Below, in pieces: positions 39,501 through 52,160 of a stretch of 64,000 bases of DNA. Below the pieces are notes generated by a model. That model made no database searches. It had not been told where the DNA came from and was given only the letters and a program-made list of their open reading frames with translations. Origin of the DNA: Phoronis australis (lineage: Eukaryota; Animalia; Phoronida); the NCBI GenBank assembly GCA_002633005.1, contig NMRA01000091.1:322445-386444 (forward strand), in the 5' to 3' direction. The position numbers and the translations under genes are program-made. Every line of letters begins with the position of its first letter. Position 1 is the stretch's first letter.

Positions 39501-42500
39501 CAAAGGCTATTCCAAACATATTTAAGTAATTCATACAGACAAAGCGTCTTTTCTATCATTAGTTAAACAGAATAGGCCCATCGTGAAAAAGCACAGCACC
39601 ACTCTCACTCTAAGGCAATTACCCACAATGCACTACATGGATCAGTCACGACATGCACTTTTCTTCTACCACAAAAGAAGAATTCAATCCAGGACAGGCC
39701 TATTGTACGTCAAAGACCTTCTTTCAAATGAGTTTCGTTTAAATATATAAGTAAAGTGGCCTTTGTAACGACTTGAATTAATCAAAAGCTGTTAGATTTT
39801 AACCATATGCTGGTGAACTTATTCCTTATTTTTCTTAACACCCCGCACCCGTAATAGAACCAGCCAATGCTGCTCCACTAGATTTTTTTGTTTACTTTCC
39901 TTCCCACCCCGATACCTGTATGGAACCTGCCTACATCAGTCCACCAAACTTTTTGGTTACTTTCCTTCCCACACATGTAGTAGAACCCGTTGATGCTGCT
40001 CCACTAGAATTTTTTGTTTACTTTTCGTCCCACCCCCATACCCGTACTAGAACCTGCCTAAATCAGCCCACCAAACTTTTTGGTTACTTTCCTTCCCACC
40101 CCATACCTACAATTATAGAACTTGCTGATATCGCTCCACCAGTTAACTTTTGCTTACATTTCTTCCCACCCCCATACCTGTAATAGAACCTGCCGGTGCC
40201 GTTCCACTTTGTCAGACAACACGCCCTGTTCTTCCTTCACATCAGTCAGTTGTGTGGGAAAGTACAACTGGAATTATTTGGGAAAATCTAGTGTAAAATA
40301 CACTATGATTAGGTGTAACAATTGACGAATTTCGTTAACACAGACATTATGTTTTGACACTCGATGATCACTAAATGAAACTAAAACAACCACACAATGA
40401 CTCGGGACACGTCACATCAAGTTGCTATTATAAGGCCCCATCACCTACTTCACTGAAAGTAACGTGAGGACCGTCATGTTAAATTTGTTACCACTTGCGA
40501 ACTATGGGCAGCCTGCCAACCTCACTTTTGGCAGTTGCTACCCACAAACGTGCCTATATTGACTACCATACTGCTTGTCTGACTCATGTTTCACTGCCAC
40601 ACGAAAATCCCTAGTAAAACAAACGCGCGTGTAGGGTATAAAGATCTACGGCTTTTGTCAATGTTTGTGCATTAAACGGGATAAACAATAACTTAAAATT
40701 GTGTTATGAATTTTTCTCAAAGTCAACATAATAATTTTATCTCCTTTCAAGCCTCACGCTCACTTTGTAAATGACCTTGATACTGCCTGGTTATATCCCA
40801 CCATGCACTACAATCAGGGGATCAGACAACAAAGACCTTGATATTGACTGTGAATGACTTTGGTAATGGTTCACTTGGATCATGGAGAAGCACTGGAGTG
40901 GATTGGATGAAGAAACGGTAATCATTTTATTGAAAAAATAATGAAACAAGATTGTACTTTATATTGTGTGAAACAGTCCTTGATTTAATGACCCACAGAC
41001 CACTACCAAACTGACGACATGAGATAACAACAGGTCTAGTTATCTCGCTGTCGTCTACATAAATAAATCATCTGCATGACTAAATGATCTGCTTTGATGC
41101 CAATCCTAGTGATTTACGTTGAACAAAATATTACTGTTAGAACCTTCATCTCCTACTCAGTTTGACAGTTGTCACTGTTTGGGGGAGGATAAGCTCCAAG
41201 ACTAGACCAAATGACACTTCATTGTCAACGTGCCTTGCAAAGCCCCTCCCCCATTAACCCAGATACTCTCACTAAGTACCTCAACCACATGCTGAGTTTG
41301 AGGTCTTGCCTTAATAAGGACTAAGATTATAGAATGAACCAGGATGCACCAATGGAAATTACTTGTAGTAATTTTTCAAAATTAATGAACTTGGAAGAGA
41401 CCTTTCCCACACCCTCCCCCTTTGCACTTGCCGAGACCCTTCAAGTTACTAATTTTTCAAGTGAACTTGTAAGATACCCTTTCCACACTCTCCCCTCCGC
41501 ACTCGTCGACGCTCTTCACCACAACTCACCTCTCAGAACACAGGGGAACATACTCTATGAGTGTCCTATAAAGAGCCCCCCATTCCGATGCTGTGTTACA
41601 ATCTAACAAAGCAACTTAACTCACAAAAGTACAAGATAGTTGGCAAGAATGGTGGTAAACACTATCACACTGGTAACAATTAATCATAAGCTAAACGCCG
41701 TCAGTTTACATTTTTGGAAATCTATAAGTCTCCAACTTTCATTCTGTATTCGACAAATTCAAAAACTCGATAGACCAACTGCAGGCCTGATAATGTTGTG
41801 GCCTTCAGAATTCACAACACAGAGTAGAGAAATCCACTCACTGACACCTATCTTAAAACAGTCCTAGCATCACGTCTGCTACAAATTATTTCCATCTCAA
41901 TATTAGTTTTCTTGTTGTCGGGTAACACAAGCCCCTAATTTTGAATTCAAACAGACACCTTTCCAGCATTGCTTCTCAAAAACACAAGTAAGTCCAACTG
42001 GAATAAAAAGCAAACTTTTGTATAGCAATAACGAAGGTGTACAAATATCACAAAATTACTTACTGTTGGGTTTTGAAATAAGTCATACTTTTTGAAGTCC
42101 TGACGAAAGACAAACTTGTTTTCACTCTTTGTTCCCCACTTCAAGAATGTATCAAACACTTTCTCGTGGTCTTCTAAACTCCTGTCTGAAGCACGACGCA
42201 AACAGAGTTAACAGATACTCACCAGTGCCGGGTTGCATGAAACAGTCCCAAATAGAGACTCAACTAAGTTCCCTAAATCTTTTGCCTGTTTGTGTCTTTC
42301 TTTACTCACAGATGTAATCTTTTTCTATAATTTCATCGTTATTACGAGCTCCTCTTTGACTAATTAAATTTTCTAATAACATAACTAAAAACTGAGCCCT
42401 GAATTCAATGAAAATAAATAGGGACTTAGTCCTTAAGTTAGGGGCGTTGCATGAAAAGATCCCTATTTATTTTCGGTAATATTGAGAACTCGGCGTCAAA

Positions 42501-45500
42501 CTGACTCACGATTTGTACCAAAACCAAAAATTGACATAATAATTAAATTAAAACAGCATAAGAACTGAAAGGACAATCGGTGTTTTCACAAGTTCACAAT
42601 CACGCAGTAGATTTAGGGAACTTAGTTTAGTCCGTATTTGGGACTGTTTTACGCAACCGGCCACTGACGACAAGATTTCTTGCTCATACAATATTGAGCA
42701 GCAGTCCATAGTCACAATACTACAGCATGTGTTGATAACACTACAGATCTTATGCGACAAGAATCCTGCTAAGTTCAAACGAGCGTTAATTATGTTAGGA
42801 CAGAAATATTGCGATTCTTAACACAGTGATAAATCATTGCAATAAAGACAACAGAGAAACTTTTACATAACAAGAGCTGATGATTTAAAAGTGGGTTAAC
42901 GTCAGAAGAATCTTGTCCAAGTTACTGCCTGTGGAAAACAATGGAGTACTACTATAGCTCTCAATGTTATGTACAACCTCGTCGTCAAGACTGTGTATCC
43001 AAGTTTCTACAAAACTATATATTTTAATCCGGTAAAAGCAATATTTTCTGAAAATGGAAAGCTTCTACCATTTGATTTTTGACTTTATACCAATTTTACA
43101 TTAATTGGGTCATGTGACCATGCTTTTTGCTGAAATTTAAAAAAGAAATGAATACTATACTAATAGTAAAACTAAGGTTTGTTTTTTTCAAAATCATGAT
43201 AAAAGTTTAATTGATAGCCCTCATGCAAAAGTGTCAGTAGCAATTGAAAAGCAATCCATTAAAGCATTGTATACCACACTTTTGAAAAAAAAAATCTCCA
43301 CAAAGGTTGACAATTACCTTAAGTGACCCAATAGCATTTATTTTCGTAAAGCAAGTCAGTTTCCAGTTTTGCTGTTTACCTTTACTTCATGATCTTGACC
43401 ATGCTAGAACATACCTGCATCTATACTATGAAGATGTTCCACAATCACCCAATTTTTATCATGGACTGCACCAAATTTTAAAATAAGGAGGGCAGCAACA
43501 TCACTGGCCGTAAGTCCTTCATGGATGACAAGGGTCTTGTGCGAAGACTCGTCACTGTAGAAGTTGACACATACCTGGCAATAACACAGAACATGATGTG
43601 ACAAATTGACCTCAAGGTATGTTCAAATGGGCAGGTGTTCCAGCACAAATTGCCCCGCTAAAAAGATGACAGTGCACAGTTGACTGTGTGGAAGGAAGTA
43701 AAAGCATACCCAGCTTGGCACCAGTGAGACTTGAGGCAGTACAACTTGGGTCACATGTACTCGTGTTTACCTTTTTGTGGCAATCAATCAGTTTTAGCAG
43801 AACCGGGACTTTGCTTGACTATCACGGTAAAATGCCCGTATTCCCATGCCCTTTACTGAAGGAGACACAATTGTTTCCTTTGGCTCACACGCGAAACTCC
43901 TGTCAGCATGTACTGATCACTGAGACAGCGCTTGTCGAGTGTATTTCATTTGCCATGGAAGAACTAGCAAAGCAGTACGTGAGAGGAATTTCAAGTCCGT
44001 GGCCAACCTTTCTGTGATTTCCACGTCAGTACACGAAACATAACCACCATGACCCTGAGCACACGAGCACGCTGGACTGTTCTTACATGACCAACGATAT
44101 TGGAAACTCCACGGACATTGTTTTGGACGGAAACCACACATGAATCATATTTTGGCAGCCGACCTAGTACCTCTATTGCCTAATAGTAGTACCGTGCGTT
44201 TGTTGAGCACGTGCTTTGAACAAGAGCAGTGTTGGCTTTCAACTCAAAAAGAAATATATAATGTATAATATATAAAACAACAAGAATGGATCAACTGAAA
44301 TTTTCGGATATAATGACATCCTTCGTCAACAGAAACAGAAATATTAAGTAAAATCAAACACTATATGACAATTGACATTTAAGATGTGGCGTAATGAATA
44401 TGATACATTGTTGTGGAAAAAATTCAATGATATAATTTAAGAAGTTTTTATGTTTAATACATGAGTTTCTAGTGTATTGAGCTTGTCTATCCAAAATTGT
44501 TCTCTTTTGAGTCTGTGAGGGGTACTGGGGTGTTGGAGTTTTTCTATTATTTGTACAGAAAGATCTTGAAGATCATGGTTTTTGGAATTGAAATGATTAC
44601 CAATTGTTGGCACGTATTTGGTTGCAAAGGGTCCAGGGGGAGCAAATCTTTACACAAACCATAATCTTCAAGATCTTTCTGTACAAATAATAGAAAAACT
44701 CCCAATACCCCAGTACCCCTCACAGACTCAAAAGAGAACAATTTTGGATAGATAAGCTCAATACACTAGAACCTCATGGATTAAACATAAATTAAAACTT
44801 CTTAAATTATATCATTGATTTTTTTCCGCAACAATGTATCATATTCATTACGCCACAGATCTGGATTGCCTTATTTAGTTTCAGATTTATTTCTACCTTA
44901 TAATGTATAAAAAATGTTACATTGTTCAAATTAAGTTCAAAGTACTCAGTAAGAAGACCTGTCAATCATTGGCACGTGTTTGGTTGCCAAAGGGTTCAGG
45001 GGGAGCAAATCTTTACAAAATCAAATACATCCCCCTAGAAATGCTTGATCTGCCTTTTCTCTCATGAAACTTGCACTACTGAACGCACGCCTGCCTGTAG
45101 GAAAACTTTAGTTATAAGAGATGACGAGCAACGACCGAGGTACGTTAAAACCCAATCACGCTTGTGATCATGGCCCCACTGTATTGTGTGCACTATTCCA
45201 CTTCAGGCCATCGAAGTCCGTTACTTCAATCCGCCGACCTATATTTTAACTGAAGATAGGCTTGAAGTCCGACGTCAGTGTAGCTCTTTGTGAGGGTAAA
45301 ATCAGTCCTCCATGCAGTAAGCAAAAACTCTTGACTTTTCAAAAATTTCGACTTTAACCGCCCATGCTCGGCTTACCGCCCACCCCGGTTTTTGAGATTC
45401 CCAAGTTAAGCGTCCTGGGTCGTAACGCTGACGAGTACGGTATAATTCGACATACTCTACACATAAGTGGAATGAAGTAATTGATGAAAAGCAGTAGTTA

Positions 45501-48500
45501 TCAGGTCAGAATTTTAAAAGCAACTTAAGAAGAAACAAATACTGGAACTAATGAACTCGTGTGTTGGTGACTGCATCCGCAATCATATACTTCAGTTTGG
45601 TTACTAATGTTTCAACCACTACATGGAGCTTTTATTAGGCAGCACAGTTGATTGGCAATTATCCTGACTCATATGTGAGTCAGTTGAAATCTTAAGCCCA
45701 GTGCTTGTTCAAAGATGGTTTCTCTATAGGTTCGTATAATGCCTCCCTTTTGTAATACTTTCATTTGGTACTTCTCATAAAACAACTCTGGTTTCAAAAA
45801 TAGTCTCCTGTACTACAGAATATGATGAAATACAATACAGCCGCATGTGGCCCTATTATACAGACAAAGAGTTGACACAAAAGCATCTCCAAGTACTGTT
45901 TCATTCCACCTACACAACCAACACTAAGTGTGCTATCACTGCGCACTAAATAGCCTACTACATAAGACTTCTTTTCAGAATTCTGTCCTTGACTTCACCA
46001 GTTAGACAAGCAAGGATATTATTTAAAAACAGTTTGTGAGTAGTAATAATGTCAAACTGTCTAAAAGTCCTCTGGGGAAAACCATCAGATGCACACTTAA
46101 TGTAAGGGACGATGACCCGTGTAGAGAAAGCAGGTCTTAAGAAGGAGGGTAATCTTAGACTTCAACTCTTTCACCTATAGGACGAGACCATCGCCACCGA
46201 TCTATATCAGATGCCAAGCTGAAATCTGCAAGATGCTGATGTAGTGTTGCTAATGCAAGCTCATTAGCTCTAATATTCGATTTATTTCCTTCCTCATCTG
46301 CTACAACTGCACGTCTCAAACTTTAATATTAAGCTTTAACAACTTAGTCTACACAGGCACTTTAACGCCTTAGTCTACACAGGCACTTAAACGCCTTAGA
46401 TTACACAGGCACTTTAACGCCTTAGTTTACACAGGCACTTCAACGCCTAAGTTTACACAGGCACTTTAAAACCTTAGTTTACGCAGGCACTTTAACGCCT
46501 TAGTTTACACAGGCACTTCAACGCCTTAGTTTACGCAGGCACTTTAACGCCTTAGTTTACACAGGCACTTTAAAGCCTTAGTTTACACAGGCACTTTAAC
46601 GCCTTAGTTTACACAGGCACTTTAACGCCTTAGTTTACACAGGCACTTTAATGCCTTAGTTTACACAGGCACTTTCCTCCCATAAATCACGCACAGAAAA
46701 TACATCCATCTATCCTATGATGGCTTATTTTCTTTCGACAGTAGACACAATATTCCCAGTCAATAATAGTTCAAGGTATAATGTAACTTAGCAATAAAAA
46801 TGTGCAAAATTACTAAGTGGCAATAAAGCTACAAAATTCATTGTTTTGCTATATACAAATTACCAAGTCACAATGTTGCCTACCAGACATTCGCTAAAAT
46901 TAAAACCAATGTCTTTACCATTAAAATACCAGTAAAATACTCTGCTATGTAACATGTGACTCAGTGGTAGACCATTCCACTACTACTGTGAGCTAACAGG
47001 TTCAATCCCGCGCTACTGTTGATTTCCATAATATTGCTTTTCTCGATGACCAGATCCCCTTAAGGTCATGACCTTACATGTCTGCTTCTCTTCTCGACTT
47101 AGTGAAATGGAAAAACACAGCAACTTTGTCGTTCAATCTAGCTGTGCACTTAGCTAGTCACTCAACATCCACTAACAAAACACATGTCGCCCAAATGTTT
47201 GGTACATTACTTGATAGTACATACTTTTAACATTCAACCATTTTTTAAATTCTATATTTGTCAGTTTTTAGAGTAAACATAAAACATTAGCCGGTGGCTA
47301 TTATCATTAACAATTTTAAATAATTGAGACATATCAGAAACAAGCAAACAAACAAGACACTATACATCCAGGCTACCACAAACCCTACACGTTTCCCTTG
47401 AAATCAAATCATTAAGTGATCGACTCTCTCTTATATGTCTGGGTAGAGAATTCCACAGTCGCGCACCAAAAGATGAGAGAGAATTAAGCCCATACCTCGT
47501 GGTTCGAGCATGACTGACATGAAGTGAGTGACCCCGTGATCTTAAACTGTAGGGGGTTTCTTTCATCTCAAACACCAAACACGTCCTACATAAAACTGGT
47601 AGACAAGTGGTACACGGCCCTGAAAACCTCCACCAGAATAGAAGCATAATTTTCATTTCCTCTTGGCTCAGTGAGTAGCTTTCCCCACACAGGCGTGTTA
47701 CAAACCTGTCCAATAGCTGCCCCAAAACCTAAAACATAGACTGTACAAAAAGCTCATCACTTACCCGTCGTTGGCTATCACCCGATTTCCATTCTGTTGG
47801 TCTGAAGCTCGGATGGGAGCCCCATCGAGTAGACTAGAATTAGAATCAACAAAGAATTGTCAATAAACAAACATTGGAAATATAAATTACACTTTTATTC
47901 CGTTTCCATGTACCATAGAAAGCTTGCTTGATAATCTCATTTTCTACCTAATAATTCAATCTTGCGTCAAAGGGGAAATTGATAATGAGAGGACAATGGA
48001 AGGACTAATCAAAAGAATATTAAGCACAGTTGACGCAAGAAAATGTTTCAGAGTTTATTAGGGTTCGAAAATGACACATGTATACAATGAAAAGGAAATA
48101 GAATCCTATCACAAAATACAGAGATTATGACGAGCCCAATTTGAAGACAACGAAAGACCTAATTTGATCGTTGTTTTTTAGCCAGCTATGCAAGGCAACA
48201 TGCACAGTCAGGTTTCTTGATTACCATGGCATCTGTGATAACTGAATACTTTTGATCAAAAATCTTTCAGAGGAATGACAAAAGACTTCGGATTCAAACT
48301 TTTATCAAATATTCTGTCTGACATTTGGAGAAACACTATGAAAGCTAACAACATCCGACAAGCGAGACACAAACTAGTGACATTTCGTTTACACTCAACA
48401 ACTAAGTTGAAAGTATCAATGAACTCAGGTTCTGTCAAAGACTTTTGATGCTAAAAATCAATGACTTTCACAGCAAGGAAATTTTTGAGACCAGGGTCTG

Positions 48501-51500
48501 CTTCATGAAGACACAAGTCAGAGAACTTGGGTCTTTCGCTCCACACAGCTTTCTATGAAAAATCATTAAATCTCACTACGGCTAAAGTGCAAAGTCTCTG
48601 AGAATATACACACAACTTCTAGTTCTTGAAACACCACCTAAAAATCATTTTTATACTGTGATGTGCTCATAACTGCATGGCTCTATCATTATTCAATAAC
48701 TGTGAATTGGGAGTACAAGACCAAAATTTCCGTGAGTCCGTGAGGTAATCGGCATACTTCGTTATTGCTGTGTTTAGGGCATGTGTATGGAGGACATGGC
48801 CTTCAGGTAAAATGTAAGGAGAGAGTTTATTTTGCACCTTTACACTACACGACCTGGGGAAATGATCTTTTCTAATTGACAACAACAAAACAATTATATT
48901 CAACATCCTGTTTTGACAGTAACATGCTCATTAGAACAATCCAGATAATGGGACCAATTTGACGCCTTCCCCTAAGGAAACATTAAAGGAAACATGAAAG
49001 GCAACATTAAAGGAAACATGAACTGTTCTGAGGATAACAGTTGAAAAAGAAACTAAGTTTTGAATAAGACCACCTGTCACTACAAAAATTGGACTCAACT
49101 TGACGTAATGTTTAGATTAGAAGTGATCTTTGGTCTAGCAAAGAACTCAAATTTCTCGAGCTTGGTCTTAAAAAATAACTGCCAGGTCTTTTTGAGCACA
49201 GAGATCGCCTCTAAACTCAACAAGGAACAAAATAAATTTCGTAGCGGTTAAAGTAGCTTAAATGAAAACCTGGTTTTTGACAGAAAGCGCAGGTTTTAAG
49301 CCACTTAATTACAAAAAAATATCAAAATAGCAATGTCAGAAGAACGTCGACAGCAAATGCAATACGTCAAAAACTAAAGCAAGCTAAATACAACATTTTG
49401 ATTTCTTAATTGAGATCATAATAGTATTGACAATATAACTAAAACTAAAAAAGTTCAAATTAAGGAATGTTAGAAAATATCAACAAGTACAGAGTAAATT
49501 TAACCTGAGTCATCAACTGTTAGAAGTATTGGGATAACATTATTGGCATTGACATGGTGAAGATGTTTTAGCATTAGACACTCAGATTGAATGGCCTTGT
49601 TATCAAATCAGTGATTCTGTAGTATGTTCCTTACACGAGGTTACACTAGGTTACACTAGGTTACACTTCTAGTGGTCAAAACGCCAGCAGTTATTCTGTG
49701 GTGAAAATTCTAACATTTTTGCCAAATACTGGCGCTTTCAACATAGGAAAGAGTGCAGTCCGCTCAGGAACGGGTGGTGTCCCCAACGGTACTGCCATCA
49801 GTTGATTTGTTCTTACCACCTGTATCTCATTCAAATCGAGACTAAGTGATGAAGCACATCCACTCTCTGCCATCAGCTCATTAGCACAAAGTTCACAACT
49901 TATCCGCGGAATAAATTTGATTGTTGCCTGACGTACAATAGTAATTTGACACATGATTATACGACGTCATTACCGCTATTCAGCAATCTGGCCTTGACTA
50001 CAAATGTGCTAGCAAAAACACCAGTAGTTCTGGGGTAAAAAAAAATAATTGCAGATGATCTGATACAAGTTGTTCCAGACGTGCGCAGGCCGCACTTGTG
50101 GGCCCATTGCACTGATCACCTGGAAATATCTTTGTGTTTTACGTATTTATTTAATATATAGTTAAAACCGAGCTGAGGAGCTAGAAACCTGACTCAAGGG
50201 TTTAGCAGTGTGGCCCAGTGGTACTCAAACCCACGACCTCGGGTAAAGAGGGCGAGCACCATCACACGAGGACACACTGCCTCCTCTTAGGTAACTCAAA
50301 CCACCAGCTGATTAAGGTGATCCTCGCAACTATTCAAACTAGTGGCGTTTTTGCTATTAAAGAGAGTGCTACCGAAAACGCAAGCATTTTAACCAGCTTG
50401 TGAACGGGGTACGGTATTAGATTTTCAGCCACACCACCAACTACATCACTCAAGGGAAAAAGACTGTTAATAAATTGAAATTATTGTATCAAAACAAGCA
50501 AATTGCAATATATTAGAACCAGGAGGCAGAGATAAGGACCTTCAGTACTGAGAATTTCAGTGTCAGTTTAATCAAATGGAAAAACTGTGAATTCTTAAAA
50601 AACAAAACTGTTCTCTCTAATTTCAAGTAAATTTTTATTCGATATACGCAGTACACATTTGCTGACTCTGTACTTAACACCTCCGTGGTTTTTGGCCATA
50701 TTTTAGACACAAATAATTACTTAACAAAACTTGTGGGGTGGAGCCTGCATTTCCATCATGCTCAGTTGTAGTCGCAATAGAACGGATTTAATGAGTTCAA
50801 CATAATTTTTCGAATTATGGTATCAACAAATTTTCCTCCTGCCAGTAAACGAACAGAAAAATGTTACGCATTTTGAAAATAAAGCAGTTATATTTTAAAA
50901 AGTTAAAATATTAATCTAAAACTCACTACAGTCAGCTTTCTACGCTGTTACAAGGAATTAGACAACAGAAAGCATTACCAACTTCGGAAACCATAATTAG
51001 TCCAGGGATGAGTCTCACACATACAGGCGTTGGATTGGAGACGGACGCTGCCATAGCCACTTACCGGCATTCTGAACTCATTTCTGCCACGCCGCCCAAC
51101 AGGTGGCGTTAGCAGTCCACTTTTCACACGCACCTGTGTGGCAGGACTAGCTGGCGCAGTCCGCGACCCCTGGGTGACCTCAGTGTGTTGAGGCGACTTC
51201 TCCAACTCGGGAAATGGGTTAGGCAGGAGCGAAGACGTCGGCCCCACTGGAAGTGGCATACTTCGTTTCTGAGCTTCTGTAAAATGTTTCAGTTGTAACT
51301 GTTAGTAGTAAATTATCACCAATCTAAGACCCAATATGACAGACAAGGTAGGTAACCCTGGCAATGCCTTCTTACGATAGAACATCAATTGCTGTCAAGA
51401 AAAGGAAAATTTGAGACCAGTTTGCTGATACTTATCAGCCTCTATTTGTCACATTGAAATTTGGACCATGCACAGGTAAGGAAACATCCCCGAAAATAGA

Positions 51501-52160
51501 TTTGTTGAAAGACACTAACACGTGATGAAAAGTCCTTGGACACAAGATGTTGTAATGTGAATTCGCGAACAGACAACATCCATTTACCTGGTCTCTGAAT
51601 CATCAAGTAACTATCCGAACTAATTCATTGGTATTTATGCCTGAACTACCCATCTATTCTGACAATAACGCTCGTTCTTTGGTTGCATAACAGCAGCGGA
51701 GATGTTAGGTTCCAGTTGAAGGCTATTAGTTCGTAATAGCCAGGAAACATATGAGGCTCATGAACTAATTACTCTATTCAATCTGTCACATTTAAGTTGT
51801 GAAAGGTTTACAGCACTAAAAGTAAAACCTCGGCACTTATTAAGTGAAGTGTTGCCATTTTCATGAAAGTTAAGTAACACCAAATAAATGTTTTATAATT
51901 TAAAGGGGCATTTCGCCATTGCTTAGCTGCCAAGATTTGTCATAAACTCCATATATACATGATTTACAAAGAACTACACAAAAATTGTAACAAACCTGTG
52001 TTTTGTGGCCGAAGATCATGGATTGTATATTCATAAGGTTCAATCTCCGTATACGCGAGGTCGGACACAAGGGAGGAAGTTTCAGATTGTAATAACGGTT
52101 GTTGCTCACTTGGAAACGAGCTCTGCAGATCTGTTATCAACGCCTCCAGATTCACATCAT
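30433..52160 (-). CDS. GRB14: GRB7/10/14-family adaptor (Pro-rich, RA, PH, BPS, SH2), spliced, 5'-partial: complement join(52160..51996,51276..51065,47833..47765,43574..43415,42185..42064,40267..40178,38895..38755,37319..37209,36115..36014,34464..34372,33330..33211,32785..32592,32301..32208,30573..30433)
   Basis: 14 exons with GT-AG junctions and consistent phases. Family motifs [17 protein letters not shown] domain (RSLEDHE), PH (KKSWKK...[11 protein letters not shown]), BPS (VAMDFTG...[10 protein letters not shown]) and SH2 ([23 protein letters not shown]). The symbol is nominal: co-ortholog of GRB7/10/14. Confidence 0.93.
30617..30642. repeat. (CA)n microsatellite
   Basis: About 13 CA units. 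Confidence 0.95.
32208..32301 (-). CDS. GRB14: GRB7/10/14-like exon, SH2 core
   Basis: [31 protein letters not shown] with the FLVRES signature; tttcag| and ctg|gtatga. Confidence 0.93.
32592..32785 (-). CDS. GRB14: GRB7/10/14-like exon, BPS end and SH2 start
   Basis: KKITRP...[26 protein letters not shown]; attag| and gg|gtaggt. Confidence 0.9.
33211..33330 (-). CDS. GRB14: GRB7/10/14-like exon, BPS domain
   Basis: [40 protein letters not shown]; tatag| and cgg|gtgaga. Confidence 0.93.
34372..34464 (-). CDS. GRB14: GRB7/10/14-like exon, post-PH helix
   Basis: [31 protein letters not shown]; ttgcag| and |gtaagt. Confidence 0.9.
36014..36115 (-). CDS. GRB14: GRB7/10/14-like exon, PH domain part 3
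   Basis: [34 protein letters not shown]; ttctag| and aag|gtttgt. Confidence 0.93.
37209..37319 (-). CDS. GRB14: GRB7/10/14-like exon, PH domain part 2
   Basis: [37 protein letters not shown]; tttcag| and aag|gtaggt. Confidence 0.9.
38100..38218. repeat. ~62-bp tandem duplication
   Basis: tcgtgggtag...gtgttgc(g/a)tcaccagagactgtgacca(a/g)caag occurs twice. Confidence 0.85.
38480..38730. repeat. Degenerate ~31-bp minisatellite (tttacatccctgtagttcaatcaacaccaac)
   Basis: About 8 copies; related copies at ~37550-37630 in the same intron. Confidence 0.85.
38755..38895 (-). CDS. GRB14: GRB7/10/14-like exon, PH domain part 1
   Basis: [47 protein letters not shown]; tttcag| and aag|gtgggt. Confidence 0.94.
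39841..40195. repeat. ~65-bp degenerate tandem repeat spanning a GRB exon/intron junction
   Basis: Recurrent tttcttcccacccccatacctgtaatagaacctgcc-like units, 6 copies including the real junction. Confidence 0.88.
40178..40267 (-). CDS. GRB14: GRB7/10/14-like exon, RA-PH linker
   Basis: [30 protein letters not shown]; ttccag| and cag|gtatgg; not in the ORF track. Confidence 0.85.
42064..42185 (-). CDS. GRB14: GRB7/10/14-like exon, RA domain part 2
   Basis: [41 protein letters not shown]; ttcag| and |gtaagt. Confidence 0.92.
42223..42666. mobile_element. MITE with ~58-bp terminal inverted repeats
   Basis: cagtgccgggttgcatgaaacagtcccaaata...aagttccctaaatct vs agatttagggaactt...tatttgggactgttttacgcaaccggccactg. 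Confidence 0.8.
43415..43574 (-). CDS. GRB14: GRB7/10/14-like exon, RA domain part 1
   Basis: [48 protein letters not shown]; gccag| and g|gtatgt. Confidence 0.9.
44385..44857. repeat. ~200-bp arm inverted repeat (foldback) with ~75-bp spacer
   Basis: 44385-44581 is the reverse complement of 44656-44857 with few mismatches. Confidence 0.92.
46344..46675. repeat. 26-bp minisatellite (ttagtttacacaggcactttaacgcc), ~13 copies
   Basis: Direct reading; no unique spacers. Confidence 0.95.
46955..47012 (+). mobile_element. Degenerate tRNA-derived SINE head
   Basis: gtgactcagtggtaga (A-box-like)...ggttcaatccc (B-box-like); no intact cloverleaf. Confidence 0.45.
47390..47580 (-). mobile_element. 3' fragment of a CR1/L2-clade LINE ORF2
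   Basis: Translates [48 protein letters not shown], the typical YxLR...WNxLP C-terminus of these reverse transcriptases. Confidence 0.8.
47765..47833 (-). CDS. GRB14: GRB7/10/14-like small linker exon ([23 protein letters not shown])
   Basis: 69-nt phase 0-0 open exon with ttctag| and cgg|gtaagt; no recognisable homology, so less certain. Confidence 0.6.
50150..50282 (-). mobile_element. tRNA-derived SINE fragment
   Basis: Minus strand ggcagtgtgtcc...gaggtcgtgggtttgagtacc (B-box-like), then cccttgagtcagg resembling a SINE central domain, and an AT-rich tail. Confidence 0.55.
51065..51276 (-). CDS. GRB14: GRB7/10/14-like exon, proline-rich motif
   Basis: Contains LLPNPFPEL (family PNPFPEL motif); ttacag| and |gtaagt. 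Confidence 0.88.
51996..52160 (-). CDS. GRB14: GRB7/10/14-like exon, N-terminal region
   Basis: ttgcag|AT GAT GTG: [15 protein letters not shown], resembling GRB10 DDVDLEALVNDM; donor g|gtttgt. Confidence 0.8.

Noticed and set aside
46344-46675. CRISPR-like regular repeat
   Set aside because: Head-to-tail 26-bp units with no unique spacers, no cas genes, and a eukaryotic intron context; it is a minisatellite.
46955-47012. Possible tRNA gene (also 58625-58680 and 50200-50280)
   Set aside because: Only A/B-box-like remnants with no complete cloverleaf; better explained as SINE heads.
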